Positions 29,616 to 38,481 of a DNA stretch of 64,000 nt are shown here, piece by piece. A program made the position numbers and the translations under genes. The notes beneath the pieces were generated by a model. That model saw only the letters and a list, made by a program, of their open reading frames with translations. It was not told the origin of the DNA and searched no databases. The stretch covers positions 17,727-81,726 of the forward strand of contig PSMG01000005.1 of assembly GCA_040290035.1 (NCBI GenBank). Direction: 5' to 3'. The stretch is from Chitinophagaceae bacterium. GTDB lineage: Bacteria > Bacteroidota > Bacteroidia > Chitinophagales > Chitinophagaceae. Each line of letters starts with the position of its first letter. Position 1 is the stretch's first letter.

Positions 29616-30263
29616 TTAAGGAGTTGGTGTCTTTTCGCTATGCCTGTCATCTACTTTGGTTACCCCGCCGCTAATAGCAAACCTCATAGCTTCTGTAGCA
29701 TTGATATTGGTTACAGGCTTCACTCTAATTTTTGGAAGTAAATAAACATTACCGGCAATGGAATAAGACATAGGTATATAAACTGCGACGTATTCATTAA
29801 ACCCAAAATCATTCGAATCTTCCTGAGTAATAAAGCCAATACGCCACACGTCTTTATCATCAATATTAGCCAGCACAGGTTTATTAAACTTTTTCTTTTC
29901 GCCTGCAAAGGCTTCAAAAAAATCTTTTACAGTAGAATAAATAAAACTAATACCCGGAGCTTTTGCTAAGACATCATCAAACAAGCTGAATAAACGCAGC
30001 TTAATAAAGAAGGAGCTGAAATAACCAATGATAATGATAGCTACAATAACAATTAAAAAGCCAAGGCCGTAGTTCTGTACGTAGACATGTCCGTTCTCAT
30101 CCTTATAGGTAAAAATGGGAATGAGCTGATCAATAGAAGACACAATACAATACAAGGCATAAGCTGTAATAGCCACAGGTGCAATGACCAATAAGCCTTG
30201 CAAAAAATATTGAAACAGTTTGCTAAACCGAAAACCTTTAGCTGGTGGCGGAACTGGCTCCAT
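29616..30263 (-). CDS. DUF502 family membrane protein
   Basis: YFLQGLLVIAP, IYSTVKDFFEAF, VYIPMSYSIAG. Confidence 0.88.
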   Translation of the reverse strand: MEPVPPPAKGFRFSKLFQYFLQGLLVIAPVAITAYALYCIVSSIDQLIPIFTYKDENGHVYVQNYGLGFLIVIVAIIIIGYFSSFFIKLRLFSLFDDVLAKAPGISFIYSTVKDFFEAFAGEKKKFNKPVLANIDDKDVWRIGFITQEDSNDFGFNEYVAVYIPMSYSIAGNVYLLPKIRVKPVTNINATEAMRFAISGGVTKVDDRHSEKTPTP

Positions 30264-30321
30264 TGAACAAAAGTAATCTACTGTTCATCCTTAAAAATCC
30301 ACTGTTCATAAAAAAAACAGT

Positions 30322-30359
30322 TGGAAACTTTGGTTACAAAAAAAGTTTCCATAGTTTTG
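30322..30359 (+). promoter_or_regulatory. Candidate TetR operator abutting the -7 promoter box
   Basis: TGGAAACTT-N12-AAGTTTCCA (30322-30351) followed immediately by TAGTTTTG (30352-30359). Confidence 0.65.
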
Positions 30360-30369
30360 CGCCTCAATT

Positions 30370-30996
30370 ATGGAACCCAAAGAAAGAATATTAGTGAAAG
30401 CGCATGAGCTGTTTAACCGCTACGGCATCCGCTCTGTATCTATGGACGATATCGCTGCACAATTAGGCGTGTCGAAAAAGACACTGTATCAGTATTACAC
30501 CGATAAAGACGAATTGGTAAACGCTGTGTTCGCCGTCATTATGGAGGAAAACAAGGTAAAATGCCAGGCCTGCCAAGCAAAAGGCGAAAACGCCATTCAT
30601 GAAGTGTTCCTCTCTTTTGACATGTTGCAGGAAATGCTCTCTAACATGAACCCTTCGGTGCTGTTTGATATGCAGAAGTATCATCCTACCGCATTCAAAA
30701 AGTTTCAGGATTACAGAAATAATTTTTTATACAAAATCATACGTGACAACCTGGAACGGGGAATCGAAGAAGAATTGTACCGGGAAGATTTTGACGTGGA
30801 CATTCTAACCCACTACCGATTGCATAGCATCATGCTGTCGTTTGACTCGGACATTTTTCCGACCAATAAAACGCAATTGGTGTACATAGAACAGCAACTG
30901 TTAGAGCATTTTCTATGGGGATTGGCAACAACTAACGGACAAAAATTAATAAGCAAATACAAACAACAACGAACCAAAAAAGAAGCATTGAAATGA
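30370..30996 (+). CDS. TetR/AcrR family regulator
   Basis: SMDDIAAQLGVSKKTLYQYY HTH. Confidence 0.95.
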   Translation: MEPKERILVKAHELFNRYGIRSVSMDDIAAQLGVSKKTLYQYYTDKDELVNAVFAVIMEENKVKCQACQAKGENAIHEVFLSFDMLQEMLSNMNPSVLFDMQKYHPTAFKKFQDYRNNFLYKIIRDNLERGIEEELYREDFDVDILTHYRLHSIMLSFDSDIFPTNKTQLVYIEQQLLEHFLWGLATTNGQKLISKYKQQRTKKEALK

Positions 30997-32387
30997 AACA
31001 AGGATTAGTAAGCATGGCTATTGTGCTGTGTTGCTGGCTTACATTACCAGCGGCAGCACAGGCAAGGCACGATTTTTCAGCAAAGCAGGCAGCAGACTAT
31101 GCAAAGAAAAATAGCGTACAGGTAAAAAACGCATTGCTTGATATACAAATTCAGCAACAAACCAATAAGGAAATAACTGCATCGGCTTTGCCATCAATAA
31201 CCGGCAATGCAGGCCTCAATTATTTCCCAAACGTAGGCGTGCAAACCTTTCCCAACTTTATTGCAGCAGGTACATACGGCGTATTAGCTGCTAATGGTGT
31301 GAAAGATGGAAATGGCAATCCTATTGTTGCACCTAACGATTTTGGCTTTATTCAAGCACAGTTTGGTACTAAGTTTACCAACTCCGTTGGTTTAAGCCTG
31401 CAACAATTGTTATTTGATGGCCAGGTGTTTATTGGTTTACAAGCCCGCAAAACGTCTATTGATTTAATAACAAAAACATCGGAAGTAACTGAAGAGAATA
31501 TCAGGACTAATGTGTACAAAGTCTATTATCAGTTAGCAGCTAGTAAAAATCAATTAAGCATTCTGGATGCAAACATTGCACGGATACAAAAGTTAGAATC
31601 GGACACAAAAAAACTTTTTGAAAACGGATTTGCTGAAAAACTAGACATAAGCAAACTTAATGTGCAACTAGCCAACCTGCAGACAGAACGATTAAAAGCT
31701 TTAAACACCATCAATAATGGTTTCTTAGGGTTGAAACTTTTGATGGGCATGCCGATACAAGACACGTTGGTGTTAACAGACAGCGTAACCTATAATGATA
31801 TTCGTAACGGCGTATTGGAAGCAACACAATATCAATACACGGATCGAAAAGAATACCAGCAGGCGCAATTGGGTGCTAAATTGGGTGAGTTCAACATCAG
31901 AAGGTACCAGTTAGCTAAACTTCCTACAGTTTCTTTAAATTCTAATTATAACATTAACCGCCAAGCAAACACGTTTGGTTTTGGTGGTAATTGGTTCAAG
32001 AGTTCATTAATCGGCTTAAACATTAGTGTGCCCATTTTCAGAGGCTTTGCTGCTGATGCCCGCATTGAAAGTGCTCGACTACAGCAACAAAAAAACCTGA
32101 ACAACATTGAAACATTGAAGATCTCCATTGACCGGGATGTGCAACAAGCATTGAACAATTACAACAATGCATTAGCCACGCTAGATGCGCAGAAAAGAAA
32201 TATGGAGTTGGCAGAAACAGTGTATAATCAAACGCTGTTAAAGCAACAAAATGGCATTGGCTCTTCAACTGAAATCACATCTGCACAATCAGATTTACAA
32301 GTAGCACAAAACAATTACATACTGGCACTGTATGATGCCATCAATGCAAAAATTGATTTCTTAAAAGCAACAGGAAAATTACCATAA
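30993..32387 (+). CDS. TolC family outer membrane efflux protein
   Basis: Signal peptide, two OEP repeats, first gene of the efflux triad. Confidence 0.93.
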   Translation: MKQGLVSMAIVLCCWLTLPAAAQARHDFSAKQAADYAKKNSVQVKNALLDIQIQQQTNKEITASALPSITGNAGLNYFPNVGVQTFPNFIAAGTYGVLAANGVKDGNGNPIVAPNDFGFIQAQFGTKFTNSVGLSLQQLLFDGQVFIGLQARKTSIDLITKTSEVTEENIRTNVYKVYYQLAASKNQLSILDANIARIQKLESDTKKLFENGFAEKLDISKLNVQLANLQTERLKALNTINNGFLGLKLLMGMPIQDTLVLTDSVTYNDIRNGVLEATQYQYTDRKEYQQAQLGAKLGEFNIRRYQLAKLPTVSLNSNYNINRQANTFGFGGNWFKSSLIGLNISVPIFRGFAADARIESARLQQQKNLNNIETLKISIDRDVQQALNNYNNALATLDAQKRNMELAETVYNQTLLKQQNGIGSSTEITSAQSDLQVAQNNYILALYDAINAKIDFLKATGKLP

Positions 32388-32418
32388 CCAACAACCACCA
32401 ACAATAAAATTATAGCAC

Positions 32419-33585
32419 ATGCAAAAGAATATTTTTTGGATACTATTGATCGGGATAATGGCCAGCGCTTGCGGCAACAGTAAAAAAGATGCTGTCGGTG
32501 ATTTGAACGACAAAAAAGCAAAGCTGGAAAAATTAAAAGGCGAACAGAAAAAACTGAATGACCAAATTGCTGCTTTGCAAACAGAAATTGATAAGATAGA
32601 TACATCTGCAAAAGCAGACAATGCAAAACTGGTTGCTATCACTGCTATACAACCTGGAGCATTCTCGCATTTTATTGAATTACAGGGAACAGTTACAGCG
32701 CAGAACATTTCTTACGTAGCGCCTCCAAACGGACAAGGCGGTATTGTAAAGGCTTTGTATGTAACACAAGGACAGTACGTAAACAAAGGACAACTGTTAG
32801 CGAAGTTGGATGATCAATTAATTCGTCAGCAAATAGAGCCAATACGTGCACAGTTAGTAGCTGCAGAAGACACTTATCGTCGTACAAAAAATTTATACGA
32901 CCAGGGTATTGGTACGTATCAAAATGTGTTAAATGCAAAAACACAGGTTGAAACCTTGCAACGTCAGATTGGTATCATTCAAAAACAAGTTGCATTAACA
33001 AATGTTACAGCGCCTTCTTCCGGCGTGGCTGATCAGGTGAATGTGCGTGTGGGCGAAATGTTTGTAGGCACTTCTGCTGCTGGTCCGCAGATTAGGATTG
33101 TTAATACCTCTGATTTAAAAATCACCACTCAGGTTCCTGAAAACTATTTAGAAAAGATCAGTGTGGGCAGCCCTGTGGAAATTATTTTACCTGATCAAAA
33201 CAATCAAATTATTAATGCCAAAGTGAATGTAATTGGAAAGACAATCGATCCGAATACAAGAACATTTTATATAGAAGCAAAAGTTCCAGCCAGTTCGAAT
33301 TTAAAACCAAACCAGGTTGCCAAAGTACGTATCAAAGATTATGGCAATAGCAATGCATTAACCATTCCTGTAAACACCTTGCAAAACGATGAGAAAGGTA
33401 AATACGTAATGGTGGCTGCTACGGAAAACGGAAAATTGATTGCCCGTAAGCGTACAGTCACTGTAGGTGAATTAAATAATGATCAATTGGAAGTGAAAAG
33501 TGGTTTGCAAAATGGTGATCAATTAATCACGGAAGGTTTTCAGGGATTGTATGATGGGCAAGCTATTACTACTGCGATAAAATAA
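32419..33585 (+). CDS. RND efflux periplasmic adaptor (lipoprotein)
   Basis: Lipobox ASAC; KGQLLAKLD, APSSGV, IDPNTRTF. Confidence 0.93.
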   Translation: MQKNIFWILLIGIMASACGNSKKDAVGDLNDKKAKLEKLKGEQKKLNDQIAALQTEIDKIDTSAKADNAKLVAITAIQPGAFSHFIELQGTVTAQNISYVAPPNGQGGIVKALYVTQGQYVNKGQLLAKLDDQLIRQQIEPIRAQLVAAEDTYRRTKNLYDQGIGTYQNVLNAKTQVETLQRQIGIIQKQVALTNVTAPSSGVADQVNVRVGEMFVGTSAAGPQIRIVNTSDLKITTQVPENYLEKISVGSPVEIILPDQNNQIINAKVNVIGKTIDPNTRTFYIEAKVPASSNLKPNQVAKVRIKDYGNSNALTIPVNTLQNDEKGKYVMVAATENGKLIARKRTVTVGELNNDQLEVKSGLQNGDQLITEGFQGLYDGQAITTAIK

Positions 33586-33618
33586 TTAGACAGGACAAGT
33601 CACTACTAAAAAGATTGT

Positions 33619-36600
33619 ATGAGCGCATTAGAAAATTTCACAGGTAAGTTCAAGCAATTCAAGCCTACTACCTGGAGTATTAAAAATAAGACCTCCATCT
33701 ACCTGATGATGATCTTCATCACACTGGCTGGAGTATACCAATTTGTTACCTTACCAAAAGAGCAGTTTCCGGATATTGTTATTCCCACTATTTATGTACA
33801 AACTGTTTATGTAGGTAACTCACCAAAAGACATCGAGAATTTAGTAACCCAGCCTATTGAAAAACAAATTAAGGGTATTACCGGCGCTAAGATCAATAAA
33901 ACAACCAGCACTTCTGTGCAGGACTATAGTGCCATTATAGTAGAGTTTAGCACCGATGTAAAAACAGATGTGGCATTACAAAAAGTAAAGGATGCTGTAG
34001 ATAAAGCGAAGCAAGATCTACCAACCGACCTTACTCAACAGCCTACTGTTTTGGAAGTAAGTTTTTCCGATCAGCCCATTATGTACGTAAACATTAGTGG
34101 TGATTATGATTTGCAACGATTGAAATTAATGGCTGATGAAACAAAAGATCGCCTCGAAGGCTTAGCCCAAATCAATCGTGTTGACCTCGTAGGTGCACCA
34201 ACACGTGAGTTTCAGATCAATGTGGACAACTACCGCATGCAAGCTGCTGATGTAAGCTTCGACGATATTGCCAACGCAGTATCTCGTGAGAATATGGACA
34301 TTTCAGGTGGTCAGTTGGAAGTAGGCAATATGCGTCGCACCTTGCAATTGAAGGGGCAATTCAAAACAGCCTATGACATTCAAAATGTAGTGGTAAGAAA
34401 TTCACATGGCGCTCCAATCTATTTAAAAAATATTGCTGATATACGTGACACAGTAAAAGAAACTGAGAGCTATTCACGATTGGATGGGAAAAAAGTGATT
34501 ACACTCAACATCATCAAACGTGCAGGCGAAAACCTGATTGAAACATCAGATGCGGTGAAGAAGGTGGTTGAGGACATGAAGAAGACGTACTACCCTAAAG
34601 ATGTAAACGTGGTAATAACAGGTGATCAAAGCAAAGCGACACGTACGTCGTTCAATGACCTGGTGAACTCCATTGTCATTGGTTTCGTGTTAGTATTAAT
34701 CATCCTTATGTTTTTCATGGGTGTAACCAATGCCTTCTTTGTGGCATTATCAGTGCCGCTTAGTATGTTCGTAGCCTTTGTGTTTTTGCCTGCGGCAGAT
34801 TTGATTGTTGGCTCGCATGTAACGCTCAACTTCATTGTACTCTTTGCCTTATTGTTTGGATTAGGAATTATTGTGGATGATGCGATTGTTGTAATTGAAA
34901 ATACCCACCGGATCTTTGTGGAAGGCAAGGGAAGGTTAAGTGCACCTAAGTCAGCAATGATGGCTGCGGGTGAAGTGTTCATTCCGGTATTGGCTGGTAC
35001 ATTAACCACACTTGCTCCATTTTTCCCCTTAATTTTCTGGCCGGGCATCATTGGTAAGTTTATGGTGTACCTGCCTACGATGCTGATCTTTACTTTATCG
35101 GCCTCATTGATCGTTGCCTTTATTATGAACCCTGTATTTGCAGTGGACTTCATGAACCATCCCGAAGGTGAAAAACAACCAAAGTCAGCCCTCTTCCGCA
35201 AGCCAGCCTTATGGATTGCTTTGGGCGGCGGCATCTTCTTAGACTTGTTAGGAGCGACTTTCTTAGGCAATCTTATTATCTTCTTTGTAATACTGGCAAT
35301 ACTGAACAGGTATTTTATTGATGACATGATTCATTCGTTCCAAAACAGAGTATTACCTCGCATTATGGAACGCTACGAACGATCATTACGATGGGCCTTA
35401 AAAGGATGGCGCCCAGTGTATTTGTTACTTGTAACATTCGGCTTACTGATTTTATCTATCATTGCGATTGCTGTTCGCAAAGTGCCTGTGGTATTTTTCC
35501 CAAGCGGTGATCCTAACCAAATTTATGTTTACCTCAAGCTACCAACGGGAACGGATGTAGATTATACGGATTCCGTTACTCGTTTGTTGGAAGACAAGGT
35601 ATACAAAGTGTTGGGCATGGAGAACGGAAAGAAAAATCCGATGGTAGAAAGTGTAATCACTAATATTGCCGTTGGTGCATCTGACCCAATGAGTGGTGAT
35701 AGGAGTACTCGTTCGGAACGAGGCAGGATACAGGTTTCTTTTGTTGAATTTGAAAAACGAGATGGCAAATCAACCGCTCCTTATTTAGGCGAAATCAGGA
35801 AAGCAGTTGGTGGCATTCCGGGTGCAGAAATTTCTGTTGACCAACAGAAGGGTGGCCCGCCAACAGATCCTCCTGTTAATATTGAAGTAGCCAGCGATGA
35901 TTTTGATCACCTGATTAAAACATCAGTGGCCTTAAAGAACTATTTGGATTCAATCAAAGTTCCCGGTGTTGAAGAATTAAAGATGGATGTTGATTTAACC
36001 AATCCAGAGATCACTTTCACGGTAGATCGTGAACGGGCCCTGATTCAAGGTTTATCTTCTGCACAGATTGGTATGGCTATTAGAACTGCATTGTTTGGTA
36101 GAGAAGTTTCGAAGATCAAAGAAGGTGAAAATGAATATAAAATTCAATTGCGTAATAATGAAGTGCAGCGCAAGAGTTTGACCGATTTGTTGAATATGAA
36201 GATTGCTTTCCGTGATATGGCAACGGGTTCGTTTAAAAGCATTCCTATTTCATCAGTGGTAAATGTTGATTATACCAGCACATTAGGTAGTGTAAAACGC
36301 AAAAACCAAAAGCGTACTATTTCGCTTACTTCAAACGTAACACAAGGACATACACCAACAGAAGTAAACGGAGTGATCAAAGGATATATTAGTGATTTTA
36401 AAAAGAAGCCGGAAGATGTAACGATTAGTCAGACAGGTGAAAGTGCACAACAAGCAGAGACTGTCGCCTTCTTAGGAAAAGCATTGATCATTGCATTGAT
36501 GTTGATCTTGTTTATTCTGGTGTTGCAATTCAACTCTATCAGTAAACCAGTGATCATTCTAACGGAGATTCTATTTAGTGTTATCGGTGTACTCCTTGGC

Positions 36601-37194
36601 TTTGCATTAACTGGTATGACGATTTCAGTAGTAATGACCGGTATTGGTATTGTTGGTTTGGCAGGCATTGTGGTTAAGAATGGTATCCTGGTGATTGAGT
36701 TTACGGATGAATTGAGAGCAAGAGGGATGAAAACAAGGGAAGCAGTAATACAGGCTGGTAAAACACGTATCATTCCAGTGTTGCTTACTGCACTGGCAGC
36801 TATTTTGGGATTCATCCCAATCGCTTTTGGTTTCAATATCAATTTCGTTACATTATTCTCTGATTTGAATCCACACATCTTTTTCGGTGGCGATAACGTA
36901 GTGTTCTGGAAACCGCTTTCATGGACCATCATCTTCGGTTTAGCATTTGCTTTCTTCATGACTTTGTTGATTGTGCCAAGTATGTATTTGATTGCAGAAC
37001 GCTTGAAACGTCCAATGAGAAGAATGTATGGCGGTAAATGGATTTCGATGCTGGGCATTCCGCCATTAACCATTTTCTTTATTCCACTGATGTTGGTAAC
37101 AATGGTACTGCATCGAAAAGAAGTAATGCGCAGAAGAAAAAGATTAGCAAATAACGATAAAGTGAATGACGCTTTTATTGGTAGTTGGTTATAG
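33619..37194 (+). CDS. RND efflux permease (AcrB/D/F family)
   Basis: 1191 aa; KEQFPDI, GIIVDDAIVVIEN, GIVVKNGILVIE, RIIPVLLTA. Confidence 0.96.
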   Translation: MSALENFTGKFKQFKPTTWSIKNKTSIYLMMIFITLAGVYQFVTLPKEQFPDIVIPTIYVQTVYVGNSPKDIENLVTQPIEKQIKGITGAKINKTTSTSVQDYSAIIVEFSTDVKTDVALQKVKDAVDKAKQDLPTDLTQQPTVLEVSFSDQPIMYVNISGDYDLQRLKLMADETKDRLEGLAQINRVDLVGAPTREFQINVDNYRMQAADVSFDDIANAVSRENMDISGGQLEVGNMRRTLQLKGQFKTAYDIQNVVVRNSHGAPIYLKNIADIRDTVKETESYSRLDGKKVITLNIIKRAGENLIETSDAVKKVVEDMKKTYYPKDVNVVITGDQSKATRTSFNDLVNSIVIGFVLVLIILMFFMGVTNAFFVALSVPLSMFVAFVFLPAADLIVGSHVTLNFIVLFALLFGLGIIVDDAIVVIENTHRIFVEGKGRLSAPKSAMMAAGEVFIPVLAGTLTTLAPFFPLIFWPGIIGKFMVYLPTMLIFTLSASLIVAFIMNPVFAVDFMNHPEGEKQPKSALFRKPALWIALGGGIFLDLLGATFLGNLIIFFVILAILNRYFIDDMIHSFQNRVLPRIMERYERSLRWALKGWRPVYLLLVTFGLLILSIIAIAVRKVPVVFFPSGDPNQIYVYLKLPTGTDVDYTDSVTRLLEDKVYKVLGMENGKKNPMVESVITNIAVGASDPMSGDRSTRSERGRIQVSFVEFEKRDGKSTAPYLGEIRKAVGGIPGAEISVDQQKGGPPTDPPVNIEVASDDFDHLIKTSVALKNYLDSIKVPGVEELKMDVDLTNPEITFTVDRERALIQGLSSAQIGMAIRTALFGREVSKIKEGENEYKIQLRNNEVQRKSLTDLLNMKIAFRDMATGSFKSIPISSVVNVDYTSTLGSVKRKNQKRTISLTSNVTQGHTPTEVNGVIKGYISDFKKKPEDVTISQTGESAQQAETVAFLGKALIIALMLILFILVLQFNSISKPVIILTEILFSVIGVLLGFALTGMTISVVMTGIGIVGLAGIVVKNGILVIEFTDELRARGMKTREAVIQAGKTRIIPVLLTALAAILGFIPIAFGFNINFVTLFSDLNPHIFFGGDNVVFWKPLSWTIIFGLAFAFFMTLLIVPSMYLIAERLKRPMRRMYGGKWISMLGIPPLTIFFIPLMLVTMVLHRKEVMRRRKRLANNDKVNDAFIGSWL

Positions 37195-37218
37195 ACAGGT
37201 AGATAACACCAGACAGGT

Positions 37219-37248
37219 AGCGGCTCGATTTCTTCGGGCCGCTTTTTT
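37219..37248 (+). terminator. Terminator of the efflux operon
   Basis: AGCGGCTCGA-tttct-TCGGGCCGCT followed by a T-run. Confidence 0.85.
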
Positions 37249-37512
37249 ATTTTAAAAAAGAAAACTTTCAGCTGACTACTAGCTATTCACCTATTGATTT
37301 CTCATTCTCACTGTATCACCTAAATCATCACCTTTTTCTTTTTTCTTTCGGGCTAATCATAAAAACATAACCACAATAACAATCACTGCAATAAGCGCCA
37401 CAAATGAAATAATCATAACCAATATTTTATACAATTAGCACTGGAAAAATAATCTCATAGAAAAAGAAAGTACTTCCGTTTAGAAGTGCTTTAACGACGA
37501 TTTGAAAGATGT

Positions 37513-38067
37513 TTAGGCCAATGCTTGTTCGCCATTTATCCTCGTTTGACCGGCATCATAGTTTTGATAGAACACTTTTGCAGCGAGTAATAGATTAAAA
37601 ACTATTGCAATGATTAATAATGTGCGTGATTTTAAATTACGCATGGAATATAAAAACAATCCGCAGATGGCATAGGCATATAAAATATCACCCGGCCATA
37701 AGAACACAAATGCGTTGATCAAACCAAATAAAAAAAGAATGATCATGCGGCGGTAGTACACATCGGCTGGAGTAAAGAATGCTATGCCTCACTTTTCTAA
37801 GTGTCCCAATAACAACACAGCTCCAGCACCAAACAACATAGAGAACAAAGCACGCATAGAGCCATTGAAAAATCCAGATACAAAAAACCGGGTATAAAAA
37901 TTAGCGCCGTGCCATTCATTAAAAACATTTAAGTTGTCGGCTTGGTCGGGATTGGAGAAATAGAGAATGTTCATCATTAGGATCCCTAAAAGTGCAACCC
38001 CTCGAATGGTGTCAATAATTTGAATGCGATTTTTTTCTTTAACAGGTGCAAAGGCTGCAGAAGACAT
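37513..38067 (-). pseudogene. DUF418 (YeiB-like) membrane protein, nonsense-interrupted and truncated
   Basis: RIQIIDTIRGVALLGILMMNI...MRALFSMLFGAG; in-frame TGA at 37789-37791, then YYRR...GDILYAYA in the same frame; ends after ~185 codons. Confidence 0.8.
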
Positions 38068-38169
38068 AACTATTGGTTTTAGTTTGTGTGTAATGCAGTA
38101 CGGAAGCAGTTTTGAAAGGAAGGCTCGGTTTAATTAATGTAAAAAATATTTTATTAATATGCAATTAAA

Positions 38170-38394
38170 CTAAGGGGCTTTGCTCTTACGTTCCCAATGG
38201 TCTTTGATGAGTTTACCCTCACGATCACCTTTGATAATGCCTTGCTCATTTGCTTTACCCATAAATAATTGAATGGCATTGCCTGCTGCATCTGTTTTAA
38301 AAGCAAGGTCGTAATTGCAATAATGCATGGTAATCATGGTATCGGGCTCAAATCTTTTACTTATTTTTTTAATTAAGTCTTCACCTAATGCCAT
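38170..38394 (-). CDS. Hypothetical protein, possibly with an internal deletion
   Basis: MALGEDLIKKI...DLAFKTDAAGNAIQLFMGK...KLIKDHWERK; start moved to ATG 38394. Confidence 0.55.
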   Translation of the reverse strand: MALGEDLIKKISKRFEPDTMITMHYCNYDLAFKTDAAGNAIQLFMGKANEQGIIKGDREGKLIKDHWERKSKAP

Positions 38395-38481
38395 TTCTTT
38401 TTTTAATGATCCTACTAATCGGAGGTCAATAAAAAAGCGCCTCATTGCTAAGGCGCTTAACAATTATTAGAAAACAAAATT

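Noticed and set aside
34626-37073. Long antisense ORFs (233 aa, 214 aa) inside the RND permease gene, and similar shadows elsewhere (e.g. 19838-20314, 51324-51887)
   Set aside because: They fully overlap well-supported genes on the opposite strand and carry no motifs.
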